Shown one piece after another: positions 1 through 10,600 of a DNA stretch of 58,798 nt (the stretch's first letter is position 1; every line of letters starts with the position of its first letter). A program made the translations under genes and the position numbers. This stretch comes from a virus (lineage: Duplodnaviria; Caudoviricetes): IMG/VR virus record IMGVR_UViG_3300031939_000002, positions 1 through 58,798 of that record. One strand, given 5' to 3'. The notes below the pieces were generated by a model. It was not told the DNA's origin. It made no database searches and saw only the letters and a list, made by a program, of their open reading frames with translations.

Positions 1-582
1 GCTGTCTCTGCGGCACACCAGGGCGTCCGGGTCATCCGAGGGTGCCTGAAGGCTGTAGCCGTCCGGGCAGGTCTGCCCGTCCTTCCCGTCTACGCCATCC
101 CTGCCGTCCCGCCCTGCAGCACCGGCGGGGCCGGGCGGCCCCGCCGGCCCCCGGGGCCCAGCCGGACCGACCGCCCCGGCGCTCCCGGCCGCCCCGGACG
201 GGCCCACCGCGCCAGGGACCCCCGTCACGGACGCACCGGTGGGCCCGGCAGAACCGGTCCGCCCGGGCGAGCCGGCAGGCCCGCGCGGTCCTGGCGGACC
301 CGTGGCACCGGGTGGCCCGCTGGGGCCGACGATGCTCTTGCCCGGCTCGCCGCGGCTGCCGGGCGGCCCCGCAACCGGCGAAGCGCCCAGCCGCTGCACC
401 TGCGCGGCCAGGGCATCCCGGGCCTGGTTCGCCGTCTGCAGGTCCTGATGCAAGCCGACGAACTGGACCGCAAGGAACGCGATCCCGGCGACGACGACCA
501 CGATCAGGCCCGCGATGACCCCCTCAGCGCGCGGCAGATGCAGCTCCCGCCGGCTACTCGTGCCGTGCTTGGCGTCACTCAC
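1..582 (-). CDS. Collagen-like (Gly-X-Y) membrane-anchored protein, 3' end outside window
   Basis: Absent from ORF track; read manually. GTG at 582 overlaps upstream [26 protein letters not shown] segment, [16 protein letters not shown]..., ...[30 protein letters not shown]. Confidence 0.85.
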   Translation of the reverse strand, partial: MSDAKHGTSSRRELHLPRAEGVIAGLIVVVVAGIAFLAVQFVGLHQDLQTANQARDALAAQVQRLGASPVAGPPGSRGEPGKSIVGPSGPPGATGPPGPRGPAGSPGRTGSAGPTGASVTGVPGAVGPSGAAGSAGAVGPAGPRGPAGPPGPAGAAGRDGRDGVDGKDGQTCPDGYSLQAPSDDPDALVCRRDS

Positions 583-938
583 TTCGCCACCACCGCCCAG
601 ATCGCGATGACGCTGGAAATGATGCAGATCGCCACCGGCACAATCAGCTGGTACAGGCGAGCTTGCCGCTCAGCGTCCCTCCGCCTGGCCTCTTCCCGCT
701 GGTACGCCTCGATGTCGTCTTCGACCTTGGCGATCGCATCCATGCAGCGCTGAGTCTCCGTCTGCAGCTGTGCGATGCGCTCGCCGACATGGGTCGTCTG
801 GATCGTGTACACATCCAGCGAGACCATCTTGTCCAGGCGCGTGTTCAGCTCGCCGAATCGGGAGTCCAGCGTCGCCCGGACGTCACCGATGAGCCGCCCC
901 AGCTCGCCATTCGACGGCCCATCGGTCACGGCAGTCAC
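579..938 (-). CDS. Coiled-coil protein with C-terminal TM, lysis cassette
   Basis: 119 aa, C-terminal hydrophobic helix, follows holin. Confidence 0.75.
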   Translation of the reverse strand: MTAVTDGPSNGELGRLIGDVRATLDSRFGELNTRLDKMVSLDVYTIQTTHVGERIAQLQTETQRCMDAIAKVEDDIEAYQREEARRRDAERQARLYQLIVPVAICIISSVIAIWAVVAK

Positions 939-942
939 CCGG

Positions 943-1149
943 TCACAGAGCCTGCGGCGGCTCGGTAGCGGGCGGCTGCTCCTGCCGGTTCGGCACGGCC
1001 CACGTCACCCCGTACGACGCCAGCACGGCGAGGACGATCGTGAGGATCTCCCCCGTCGTGACCTTGCCGTCCTGTACGGCTGTGACCGCCGAGGCCGCGC
1101 CCGCGGCGACACCGCCGGCGACGGCCTTCCACGTCTTCGAGATCTTCAC
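943..1149 (-). CDS. Holin
   Basis: 68 aa, two hydrophobic segments, directly after endolysin. Confidence 0.75.
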   Translation of the reverse strand: MKISKTWKAVAGGVAAGAASAVTAVQDGKVTTGEILTIVLAVLASYGVTWAVPNRQEQPPATEPPQAL

Positions 1150-1152
1150 GGG

Positions 1153-2007
1153 TCAGCTCTCCTTCAGCGCGTCGGCGAGCTTCTCCAGTGCGGCCTGTGC
1201 ACCCGCCTCGGCGGCCGCCTTGATCTCGCCGGCGTCCAGGCCGCCGCCCTGGGCCATCTTGCCAACGGCCGCGGTGAGCGCACCGACCTGAGCCGTCAGC
1301 GTCTGCACGGCGGCGCGGGTGGTGCGCAGGTACGCGTAGGCGTCCTCGGTCTCCTTGCCGCCTGCGAGGGTGGTCTTGGCCTTGTAGGCCCACACGTCGA
1401 CGGGGTCCATGGTGTCCTCCTGGGGGGTCGTGCCGCGGGCCCAGTCGGCGAGCGCGGCTCGGGTGGGGAAGTTGGCGACGTCGCGGTCGAGGCCGTCGGC
1501 GTCGCTGTACTGGTGGAAGGTCCATGGCGCCTTGATGCCGGGCTGGCCGGCCAACTTGCCGCCGGTGGCGATCCACAGGAAGTCACCGCAGTTGCCGGTC
1601 TTGTCGATGCGCTGCCAGTAGTTGACGTTGCAGTACATGCCGACGCGGTGGCCGGGCAGTGCGGCCTTGACGTACGTCAGCCAGGCGTCGCGGTACGCCA
1701 GCTTGCGGGCGTCCGAGACGCCGGCGTTGGCCTTGTCGTAGCCCTCCCAGTCGAGGACGACCAGGTCTCCGGGCGCCCACGCCACCTGCTTCAGGAAGTA
1801 GTCGGCCTCGGCCTTCGGATCGTTGCCCATGTGCGGGTAGTGGTAGGCCCCCCACACCAGGCCCTTGCCCTTGACGTAGTTGCGCTGCTGCACCCACTTC
1901 GGGTTGACGTACGACAAACCCTCGGTGATCTTCGTGAAGACGAAGTCGAGGCCGCTCACATCGAAGGTGGCCGACTGGAAGTCGGAGACGTCGATGCCCT
2001 TGATCAT
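1153..2007 (-). CDS. Endolysin, GH25 muramidase
   Basis: MIKGIDVSDFQ..KITEG..GAYHY..LDWE..HQYS..DRD motifs; ATG at 2007 overlaps upstream stop. Confidence 0.92.
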   Translation of the reverse strand: MIKGIDVSDFQSATFDVSGLDFVFTKITEGLSYVNPKWVQQRNYVKGKGLVWGAYHYPHMGNDPKAEADYFLKQVAWAPGDLVVLDWEGYDKANAGVSDARKLAYRDAWLTYVKAALPGHRVGMYCNVNYWQRIDKTGNCGDFLWIATGGKLAGQPGIKAPWTFHQYSDADGLDRDVANFPTRAALADWARGTTPQEDTMDPVDVWAYKAKTTLAGGKETEDAYAYLRTTRAAVQTLTAQVGALTAAVGKMAQGGGLDAGEIKAAAEAGAQAALEKLADALKES

Positions 2008-2195
2008 GAGTCCTCCGATCGGGGCGGGGTGGTGACAGCCTGGGCGACCGCGATCGCCGCGGCGATCCATGCCTGCTGGATGAGCTCGCCCAGGTCCTCC
2101 CAGGCGGGCATGGGCTTGCCCAGGTGGTTGCGGCCGCCGGTGGTCTGCCCGTAGGCGGCGTACGCGGTCCGGGCGAGGCGGGCAGGGTCGGCCAT
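2004..2195 (-). CDS. Hypothetical phage protein
   Basis: 63 aa, RBS upstream, coupled to endolysin start. Confidence 0.75.
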   Translation of the reverse strand: MADPARLARTAYAAYGQTTGGRNHLGKPMPAWEDLGELIQQAWIAAAIAVAQAVTTPPRSEDS

Positions 2196-2210
2196 GTCGG
2201 CTCCTCTGAG

Positions 2211-2543
2211 TCAGGCGGGGATCCACTCGCCGCCGCGGACGAAGCCGTGGGTGCCACAGCAGGGCCACAGCAGCGACGGCTCCAGGTGCAGCGGCTGTGC
2301 GGATACGAGGGTGTGGTCGGGCGCAGCCTGGGCCATCCAGCGGCCCTGCTGACTGCACCAGTGCCAGAACCACGGGTTGGGGTCATCCGGGTCGGCCCGC
2401 AGGTGTTCGGGCACCCAGCCGTAGGCGATTTCCGGGGTGAGCTGGTGCACCTCGGTCCACCAGTCGCACCACACCGCCGGCGGCTCACTGCGGTGGGTGT
2501 AGGCCACGTCAGGCTCCGGTCCAGCGGCGGCCGCCAACTGCAC
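2211..2543 (-). CDS. Cys/His protein, DUF6527-like C-terminus
   Basis: LEPSLLWPCCGTHGFVRGGEW; WHWC. Confidence 0.6.
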   Translation of the reverse strand: MQLAAAAGPEPDVAYTHRSEPPAVWCDWWTEVHQLTPEIAYGWVPEHLRADPDDPNPWFWHWCSQQGRWMAQAAPDHTLVSAQPLHLEPSLLWPCCGTHGFVRGGEWIPA

Positions 2544-2555
2544 GGTGGCGGGCGG

Positions 2556-3026
2556 TCACCACGGGTGGATGGACAGCTTGAACTGGGCGTAGGTCACTTT
2601 CCTGGAGACCTTGTCGTTGTGCCAGACCATCACGCCGAGCGACGTCCCGGGATACACCGCGATCTCGTGCTGCTTGGCGAAGAGCTGCAGGCCTGGCGAC
2701 AGGGCACGGTGCTCGAGAGCAGTCGCGTTGTTCGGGTCGTCGGTGAAGCTCAGCGGGTCCCGCACGAACTGGTCGCGGATCTCCGTGTAGTCGCCGGCCT
2801 CCCAGGTGAATTCGGCCGTGAGGCTGCCCCAGCCTGTGCTCGACGGCCAGATCAGGCCTGCCCGGGAGCTGCTGCTCGTCGCGGTGAGCCCGTCCGGCTG
2901 CGACGGCTGGTGCATGGACCACTTGTCGATCTGGTTTTCCTCGAAGGGGAACCGCAGCAGCGTCATCGTCTGGGGCTGGATGAGCTGGTCCGGCGATGCG
3001 GACAGGGAGCACACGTAGACGGTCAA
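2556..3026 (-). CDS. Hypothetical beta-rich tail-region protein
   Basis: 156 aa, tightly packed in operon. Confidence 0.65.
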   Translation of the reverse strand: MTVYVCSLSASPDQLIQPQTMTLLRFPFEENQIDKWSMHQPSQPDGLTATSSSSRAGLIWPSSTGWGSLTAEFTWEAGDYTEIRDQFVRDPLSFTDDPNNATALEHRALSPGLQLFAKQHEIAVYPGTSLGVMVWHNDKVSRKVTYAQFKLSIHPW

Positions 3027-3027
3027 C

Positions 3028-3501
3028 TCAGCCTCCGGTCGGGGGTGGGTCGGTAGGGGGCGGATCTGAAGGCGGTGGGTCGGGCGGTGGATCGCTTGGC
3101 GGCGGTGCCGGCGGGTCGTTGACCTGGTCGAGGAGGTCGGCGCCGACGGTCAGCCGAATGAAGCCGAAGGCCTGCCGAGTGAGCGTCGCAACCTGGGCGA
3201 CCGCATCATCGGTGGTGGCTGTGCCCGCGGCCACCAGGTCGAGGTACGCCTGATCGGTGGCGAGGTCGGCGCGGGCCTGCTCCATGAGCTCGGCCTGCGT
3301 GGCACGGCGTGCTTCGTCGGCGATCTGCTGGTCGGCGGTCGTGTTCTCGGCATCGGTGAACGGCCTCTCTTCCACCAGCTGGCCACACTCGTAGCGGCGG
3401 TAGGTGCGGGAGGGCACGTCCCACTGCTGGACGATTGACGAGTCGCGTACCTCGGTCGTGAACGGGGCCGGGTCTTGGCCGTCTGCGAGCTGGGAATCCA
3501 T
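3028..3501 (-). CDS. Hypothetical protein with Pro-rich tail (possible tail fibre accessory)
   Basis: 157 aa; DPPP repeats at C-terminus. Confidence 0.65.
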   Translation of the reverse strand: MDSQLADGQDPAPFTTEVRDSSIVQQWDVPSRTYRRYECGQLVEERPFTDAENTTADQQIADEARRATQAELMEQARADLATDQAYLDLVAAGTATTDDAVAQVATLTRQAFGFIRLTVGADLLDQVNDPPAPPPSDPPPDPPPSDPPPTDPPPTGG

Positions 3502-3512
3502 CGTGCGGTCGT

Positions 3513-4277
3513 TCAGAAGTACGTGGTCACGATGACGAGGCCGTCGCCGCCCTGGCCGCCCGCCTGCGCGCTGGCTGCGTCGGTGCCGGCGAGGGCCCCG
3601 CCGCCGCCACCGCCGAAGCGGAAGCCACCGCTGGCGCTGGTGCCCGAGCCGGATACCGTGGTGCCGGAGGGGCCGCGCCGCTGGTTGCCCATGAATCCGG
3701 TGCCGCCGTAGGCCTGAGCGGTGGGAATTCCGGAGACGACGATGCCGTTGCCGCCGTCGCCGCCGGCTATCTGAAGGTCACCGGCCAGTCCCGTACCGGC
3801 CGCGCCGCCCGCAGCACTCTGGTTGCCGGTCGTGGAAGTGCCGGCCCCGCCACCTCCGCCTCCGCTGGCGGCCACCGTACCCCCGAAGCCGGAGGAGCCG
3901 CCCGCGGTTCCGGCATTCGCTCCGGCGGCCGCCCCGGCGCCGCCAATGCCGACGGAGACGGAGACGGTGCTGCCCAGGCTGGACGCGGCGATGATGCTCT
4001 CGGCGTAGCCACCGCCTCCGCCTCCACCCGCGACGGCCGCCTGCCCGGCCGCGCTCGTCGGTGTCCCGCCGCCGCCTCCGCCAGCGCCGACGACCTGGAC
4101 CCGGACCCACTTCGCGTTGCTGGGCTTCGTCCACGTGCCGCTGGCCGTGAAGATCGCCCGCTGAGGCATGTTCAGCTGCGGGTCCACGTTCTGGGCCAGC
4201 GTCTGCATGTGCTCCCAGATGCGGGTGTGGTCGTTGCTCTCCGGGTACGTGAGCCCGTTCGGTGTCTTCTGGCTCAA
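3513..4277 (-). CDS. Glycine-rich tail fibre protein
   Basis: FTASGTWTKP..VQVVGAGGGGG..GGDGLVIV glycine-rich domain; TTG start overlaps upstream TGA. Confidence 0.85.
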   Translation of the reverse strand: MSQKTPNGLTYPESNDHTRIWEHMQTLAQNVDPQLNMPQRAIFTASGTWTKPSNAKWVRVQVVGAGGGGGGTPTSAAGQAAVAGGGGGGGYAESIIAASSLGSTVSVSVGIGGAGAAAGANAGTAGGSSGFGGTVAASGGGGGGAGTSTTGNQSAAGGAAGTGLAGDLQIAGGDGGNGIVVSGIPTAQAYGGTGFMGNQRRGPSGTTVSGSGTSASGGFRFGGGGGGALAGTDAASAQAGGQGGDGLVIVTTYF

Positions 4278-5095
4278 CTCGATCTCCTCCAGTACAGCGT
4301 GAGCGTCCACGCAGCGGACCAGGACGCGCGGCCCGCGAGCCGCATGTAGGGGTCGTCAGAACTGACGGTGATGCCCAGGCCGCCGCGGGAGCCGTCGACC
4401 ATGGCCTGACCCCACGACGTGGGCAGGGTGAAGGTGGCCTCCGACGGCGACACGTGGCCCTGGACGCCGAGGGCCGGCCCCGGCGACGTCTCGTTCAGCG
4501 TCGGCAAGGAGCTGGGCCGGGTGGACTCCGAGACCAGGCGCAGCGTGGGGCTGCGCGTGCCGTAGTCGCCGGACGTCAGCCGCCGCAGCCGGACGGTCAC
4601 CTTCGTGACGGAGGCACCCGCGATCGACCTCGGCTTCGAGCCGTAGAACGCGAACCCGCTCATCCGTCCGTACCCGCTCCCGGCGTATCGGCCCTGGAAG
4701 GTGTCAGCCGAGGTGGAGCTGCCGATGTCGGTGCGCCAGTGCCCGTCCCGCCACGTCGAGGTCGCTACCGGCGAGCACACCAGAGTGCCCGTGGTCGTCG
4801 TCGGTTTCGGCGCCGGGGCCGGATCGCTGGTGGACACGCTGTCATCGGGTGGTGGTGGCGCGGGCGGGACCGCTGGCGGTGCCGTGAGGACGCTGATCGC
4901 CCAGTAGGTGGAGCCCTTGCGCAAGATGAGCAGGCTCTGCTTCGCGGTGACGGTCAGGCTGGGTGGCACGCGGACGGTGACGCGGATGCCGCCGATGTCG
5001 GCCAGGCACGCCCCGGACGCGGACGCTGTCGCGGAGACGCCGATGAGGGCACCCTGCCCGGCGAGAGAGACCCGGGTATCTGCGAAGTCGGCCAT
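4274..5095 (-). CDS. Minor tail protein
   Basis: 273 aa; synteny after hub protein. Confidence 0.7.
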   Translation of the reverse strand: MADFADTRVSLAGQGALIGVSATASASGACLADIGGIRVTVRVPPSLTVTAKQSLLILRKGSTYWAISVLTAPPAVPPAPPPPDDSVSTSDPAPAPKPTTTTGTLVCSPVATSTWRDGHWRTDIGSSTSADTFQGRYAGSGYGRMSGFAFYGSKPRSIAGASVTKVTVRLRRLTSGDYGTRSPTLRLVSESTRPSSLPTLNETSPGPALGVQGHVSPSEATFTLPTSWGQAMVDGSRGGLGITVSSDDPYMRLAGRASWSAAWTLTLYWRRSS

Positions 5096-5096
5096 G

Positions 5097-6185
5097 TCAG
5101 AGCACCCTCACGGTGAGGTTCATCTCGCCGGGCGAGTACGGCAGCGACAGCGTCTCGATCACGCACGGCGTGTCGGTCAAGCCGGCGCCAGTGGCGGCGA
5201 TGATGTCGCCAGTCATCAGGCCCGGATGCGGGACCATGCTCACCGCCAGGCGACGCGATGCAGTTCGTCGCAGTTGCAGCAGCTTGGCGGCCGCCGCCTT
5301 GCGGCACTGGGCGACGGTCGTCATCAGCGGTGAGCTGAACGGGTACGGCACGGGAAGCGGGTTGAACGGTCCACCGAGCCGGAACGGGCTCGCGGTATCG
5401 GTGTCGTAGGCGACGCCCTGGATCTGGTTGCCCGCGCTGTCCTCGCCCTGGGCTACCACGCAGTTGAACGCGCCGTCCCGGCTGCTGCTCCCCTGCCAGC
5501 GCATCACCGTGCCGCCGAGGCCGTCTGTCAGTGACAGCACCGGGCTGCCGTCGTCCGTGAGCGGTTCCACAAGCAGGGTGCCGTCCGCGGTCACGACTGC
5601 GTCTGCAGCCCACGCAGCGAGGACTTCCGCCAGGCCAGCCATCCGGTCGCTGTCCCACTGCATGCCGACCGGCACTGACCGGTCGATGAGGGTGCCGTCG
5701 AGATTCACGGTCAGCGCGGGCTCGACCAGGGAGCGGATCGTCGACGCGAGCGTGCCCGACGGCTGGAAGGGCGCCGCGAATTTCGCTTCATCGACCCAGG
5801 TGAGCAGGCCCTGCAAGGTGACGCTGACCGTCGTGTCGTCCGTCGCACCCGACTCAGTGATCAGGAACCATCCGCGGTCGATCCACTCGAAGTCGCCACC
5901 GATGTCGACCCCATAGCTGATGTGCAGCTGCTGCCCGTACGCGGCCAGCGGGTGGTCCGGGTCGGCGCCCGGGTTCCAGTCGAAGCCGCGGTCCCGGCGG
6001 GGCACGGTCAGGCTGACCCGCTCCGGCACGGCGAGCGACCGGTCGCGGTCCTCGCTGCCGTCCGCGACCGGGATGTCCGCGGCGAGCAGCTCGCCGTCGC
6101 GCCAGGACTCGGCGCGGACCTGCATGGTGAAGGAGCGCTGCACGACATCCAGTGCGACGTTCGACATGTCCAGCACGTCAGCCAC
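5097..6185 (-). CDS. Minor tail / baseplate hub protein (DUF5047-like)
   Basis: HPLAAYGQQL, FNCVVAQGE, FGxVP-like and PHPGLMTGD motifs typical of actinophage minor tails. Confidence 0.8.
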   Translation of the reverse strand: MADVLDMSNVALDVVQRSFTMQVRAESWRDGELLAADIPVADGSEDRDRSLAVPERVSLTVPRRDRGFDWNPGADPDHPLAAYGQQLHISYGVDIGGDFEWIDRGWFLITESGATDDTTVSVTLQGLLTWVDEAKFAAPFQPSGTLASTIRSLVEPALTVNLDGTLIDRSVPVGMQWDSDRMAGLAEVLAAWAADAVVTADGTLLVEPLTDDGSPVLSLTDGLGGTVMRWQGSSSRDGAFNCVVAQGEDSAGNQIQGVAYDTDTASPFRLGGPFNPLPVPYPFSSPLMTTVAQCRKAAAAKLLQLRRTASRRLAVSMVPHPGLMTGDIIAATGAGLTDTPCVIETLSLPYSPGEMNLTVRVL

Positions 6186-7647
6186 CCCAGTCGAACAGGG
6201 CGATCGCGAGCAGCGTCACGAAGTCGGTAGCGAGGTCGGACAGCGTCGAGTAGTTGTTGGCGATGTCCTGCAGGGTGAAGCCGGCCGCCTCCAGGCTGTC
6301 CGGCCAGGCCTCCGCCTCTGCGGTGGACAGGTCCCAGATCCGGTACGGGATGGACCAGGTACGGCGTTCGTCGTCATCGATCAGCGCCAGGTAGCCGTCA
6401 ACACCCGCGAGGGTGACCTGCTTGCGGATCAGGATGACGCCCTCGGTGGCGTTGGCGAGGACCTCCTGCAGGGCGTCGCCGGCGTCGTCGGTGTCGGTGG
6501 ACACGCTGACGGTGCCCTGCGCGCCGGAGCGCGGTTTGCCGACGACGACCAGGCGCCCGCCCACGTTGAAAACCGTCGCGTCCCGGGTGCGCTTCTTGTC
6601 GTCCCAGGCCTCGATGAAGACCTTCGCGCCGGTGCCCTGGACAGCGTCGGAGATGACGTCACCGTCCACGGTGGACGTGATCGGCCCCGAGTAGACCGTC
6701 CAGGAGATGCCGTTGACGTCCGTCAGGGTGGCCGCGTAGTTGACGGCCACGCCGAAGGGCTGCTCGGCATCCACCCGGAGCAGAACGTCCGCGCCGGTGG
6801 TGTCGACTCCCGACGCGGCCCGCACCCCAGTGAGGTCGGTGCCCTGCTGCCGGAACATGCTCACGCTGGTGATGTCGTCCGCTTCCAGCCCGGTCACGGA
6901 CACGAGGTTCCTCGGTGGGAACACTGACTGGGGACTGACCGCGATCCCGCTCTTGGCCTCCCGCACCCGCAGTACGCCAGCGACGCCTGTCGAAGCCGTG
7001 TTGAGCGTCGATGTGACTGTGGGCGCGACCGTGGCCGAGCCCGCGGTCACGGATGCGCTGGCCGCTCCGGAGCGAGCGCCGTTGCCGGTTGCCGCCCCGG
7101 CGGAGAACCGGCCTGTGGCCGTGTCGAAGGTGACGCCCGCTGCGGTGATGCCCACCGACGGGAAACCGTCGGTCGACACCGGCAGAGCGTAGCCCCACCA
7201 CGCGAAGTCGCCCACGGCCCAGGTCAGGGCAGTGGCACAAGGCGCCGAGAACGCGGTGCCCGACGTCGTGTCCTCACCCGCCGCCCATGCCCACCGCCAG
7301 CCGGTACCCGTCGTCCGGGACAGCAGGGCGATCGTGCCTGCGATGACGGAGCCCGTGCTCCCGGAGGGGATGGACGTGGTGGGCTTCGCGTCCCCGCCGA
7401 CCATCTCCCGCACGAACATGGTGATCCTGCGTGGCCCCGTCCCGGCCCCGAGCGTTCCGCCGCCACCGGAGAAGCTGCCGGCCAGCGTCCAGCCAGACGG
7501 CGTGGACGGGGTGGAGAAGTTGGGGTGCGAGGAGACGACCTGCAGAATGCCAAGCTGCCCTGCTGACGGGGTCACCGAGTACGACGGCGTTACGGTGGCC
7601 GCGTCTGTAGCCGTCCCGCCCTGGCTCAGGTAAGAGATCGTCATCAA
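6178..7647 (-). CDS. Distal-tail-like minor tail protein with N-terminal beta-rich extension
   Basis: Immediately after tape measure; DAEQPFGVAVNY motif. Confidence 0.7.
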   Translation of the reverse strand: MMTISYLSQGGTATDAATVTPSYSVTPSAGQLGILQVVSSHPNFSTPSTPSGWTLAGSFSGGGGTLGAGTGPRRITMFVREMVGGDAKPTTSIPSGSTGSVIAGTIALLSRTTGTGWRWAWAAGEDTTSGTAFSAPCATALTWAVGDFAWWGYALPVSTDGFPSVGITAAGVTFDTATGRFSAGAATGNGARSGAASASVTAGSATVAPTVTSTLNTASTGVAGVLRVREAKSGIAVSPQSVFPPRNLVSVTGLEADDITSVSMFRQQGTDLTGVRAASGVDTTGADVLLRVDAEQPFGVAVNYAATLTDVNGISWTVYSGPITSTVDGDVISDAVQGTGAKVFIEAWDDKKRTRDATVFNVGGRLVVVGKPRSGAQGTVSVSTDTDDAGDALQEVLANATEGVILIRKQVTLAGVDGYLALIDDDERRTWSIPYRIWDLSTAEAEAWPDSLEAAGFTLQDIANNYSTLSDLATDFVTLLAIALFDWGG

Positions 7648-10600
7648 CGCCTCCCGACGTTCGCCCGGTAGGCCTGCCGGTCCGCACTCGCCTTGATCAT
7701 CGGTGTGGTGGTGACGCGGATCAGATCCTTCAGCGTCGGGTCGTCGAAGTGCACGTGGACCTCGCTGCCGCCGAGCTGGCCGCTGTTGATGAGCTGCGCG
7801 AGGTAGCCGAAGGCGGCGTTGGCGCGCGCGGAACTGCCGCCGGCCGATGCCGCATAGGCGGTCGTCGCCAGGCGGCGGCCGGCGGCAGCTACGTGGGGCC
7901 GGTGCCGGTCCATGCCGACGGCCATGCCGAGCGCGACCTGCTTGCCCACCTGGTCCCGCATCACGACGGACGGGCTCTTGATCTTCAGGCTCTTCTTGAT
8001 CTGGTCGACCAGGGCCTTGGCCAGCACGTCCATCTGCTTCTGGAGCGCCTTCTGCTGGGCTTTCAGCCCAGCGAGGAAGCCCTTGCCCGCGTCCTTGCCG
8101 CTGTCGAACATCAAGTCCGCCATGTCCTTGCCGAAGGACGTGGCGAGCTTCCCGCCCGACTTGACCAGGCCGTTCAGTTTGGCGATGTCCGACTGCTTGA
8201 CGTTCTTGTCGCCGAGGATCGTCGCGAGCTGGCTGCCCGGGCCCGCGTCCTCCAGCTGTTGCAGCAGCTCCTTCGACGCACCGCGCGCCTTCAGCGACTT
8301 CGTCAGGGCCACGAAGTTGCTCGCGGTCTTCTGCTGGCCCGTCATCTGAGAGATGAGGCCGCCCACCGACGTGGCAGAGGTCCCGCTGATGCTGAGGAAG
8401 TCGTTGATCTTCGTCGTCTGATCCGAGGCATACTGGTTCGCCGCGTTGATCGTGCTCTGGATGCTGGCCCGCTTGTTCGCGAGCGTCTCCAGCTGGCTGC
8501 CCTTCTTCTGGATCGCCGAGGCGGTCTTGTTGTAGCCAGCGTTGAGGAGCTTCGTCGCCAAAGACTTGATCGCGCTGGCGATCGACGACGACGTCCCGGT
8601 CTCCAGAGTCTTCAGCAACCCGGTGTTGATCGTGTTCGAGATTGATGTCTTCGCCGACCTCTTGGCGTTGGACAGTGCGATCTCGGCGGCCTTCAATTCC
8701 TTCTCGGCCGCCTCGAGCTTCTTCTGCGCGGCGGCCTCGCCCTTGTGGCGGCGCTTCGCCCGCGAGAGAGCGTCCTTGGCGTCCTCGACCGCCTGCCGGT
8801 CCCGCTTCACCCGGTCAGCTGCGTTGAGGATCGTGCCGGATGCGTAGCCGGGCAGCCGGATCCCGTGGGCCTGCGCGAAAGCCACGGAGTCGGGGTGGCT
8901 GAGGACGTCCTCGCCGCCGCTGAAGTTGACCAGCTCGGGACCGCGCTCGCCGACCCAGGCCAGACCGCGGGCGGCGCCGCGGGTGCCCCTGGCGTAGCCA
9001 CCGGGCCGGGTCATGACGTTGATCCAGTTGGACCCGTAGGCATGCATCGCGTAGTTGATGCCGGCGTACACGTTGGCGAGCGGGTCGTAGATGCCGCGTG
9101 ACCGGAACGGGCCGGCGTAGGCGTTGAAGGTGCTGCCGATGGTCTGCATGAGGCCGCGGGAGGGGTCACCGCGCTGCGCGTTGATGTCCGTGAGGTTGAT
9201 CGCGGTGGGGTCGCCGCTGGATTCCATCTCGATGCGCTTGAGGACGGCGGGCAGCGCGCTCGCCGGCGCGCCGAGCAAGCCGAGCGCCGTGGCAACGGTC
9301 TCAGACCATCGGCTGACGCCCTTGCTGTCGCCTCCGCCGCCGAACAGGCCCTTGAAGAGCCCTCCCAACTTGCTGCCCAGGCCTGCCAACGCGTTCATGG
9401 CCTTGCTGGGCAGCTTGGACACGGAGATGAGGCCCTTGCCGACGATGGAGCCGAGCGCGGACGGCAGGTCGCCGAACACGGTCGTGGCGATCTGCTTTCC
9501 GTTGGTGGTCGCCATGCCCTTCATCAGGCCGCTGATGAGGTGACCGCCGATGCCCATGAAGACGCGGCTGGGGCTCTTGATGCCGAAGAACGTCTTCACC
9601 GCGTCGACGACCGGGTCAACGATGTTCTGCTTGGCCCACTTTCCGATGCCCTTGATCTTGTCGACGATGCCGTTTTTCATGCCGGAGATCAGGGCGCCGC
9701 CCTTGTCGCGCAGCCACGATCCGGCGTTCTTGAACGCGTCGAGCTGCGGCTTCGCGATCTTGTTCCAGGCCCACGAGCCGATGCCCTTCGCCCCGTTGAC
9801 GACGCCCGAGCGGATACCGGAGACGAGGGAGCGGCCCTTCGAGACCAGCCACGATCCGGCGTTGCGGAACATGTCGAGCTGCGGCTTCGCGATCCGGTTC
9901 CAGGCCCACGAGCCGATGCCCTTCGCGCCGTCGACGACGCCCGTACGGACGCCGGAGACAAGTGCCTTGCCCTTGCTGAGCAGCCAGCTGCCGGCGTTCT
10001 TGAACGCGTCCACCGCGGGGCGGCCGGTCCGGGCCCAGATCCAGCTACCGATTCCCGACGCCCGCTCAGCGATGCCCCTGGTCAGGCCGAGGATCAGGTC
10101 CCGGCCCTTGCCGAGCAGCCAGCCGCCGGCCTTCGCGAACGGGCTGACGACAGCCTTGCCCAGGCCGAGGGCCTTCTCAGTGACCCAGGAGATGCCTCTT
10201 TCGATGCCGGAGCCGAGGGCGCGGGCCGCCTTCGATCCCGTGTCGAGCAGCTTCAGCCCCCACAGGCCCAGGCGCGTCGTGATCAGGCCGGCTTCCCGTT
10301 CGAGCGCCGCGGCCGCCTCGGGGAAAGCCCTGCGGAAGCCATCGACGACACCCCGCTTGAAGGGGCCGAAAACCTTGCTCAGCCCCTTCTCGATCCAGCC
10401 TCCGAGCTTGCTGATCCCGGACAGCACCGGCTCGAAAATCTTCAGGATCGGAATGTGCTCGAAGATCTTGGCCAGTCCCCCGGCGAGACGTCCGATCGGG
10501 ATGACCGAGATCACCGCGATGATGGTGTCCAGCCAGTGCTTCTTCCAGAAGTCCAGCGAGAACAGCGGCGAGAAGAGGTTCGTGATGAAGCCGATCGCGA

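Noticed and set aside
3030-3120. GGTGG/GGCGG-rich repeat as regulatory element
   Set aside because: Explained by the encoded DPPP peptide repeats.
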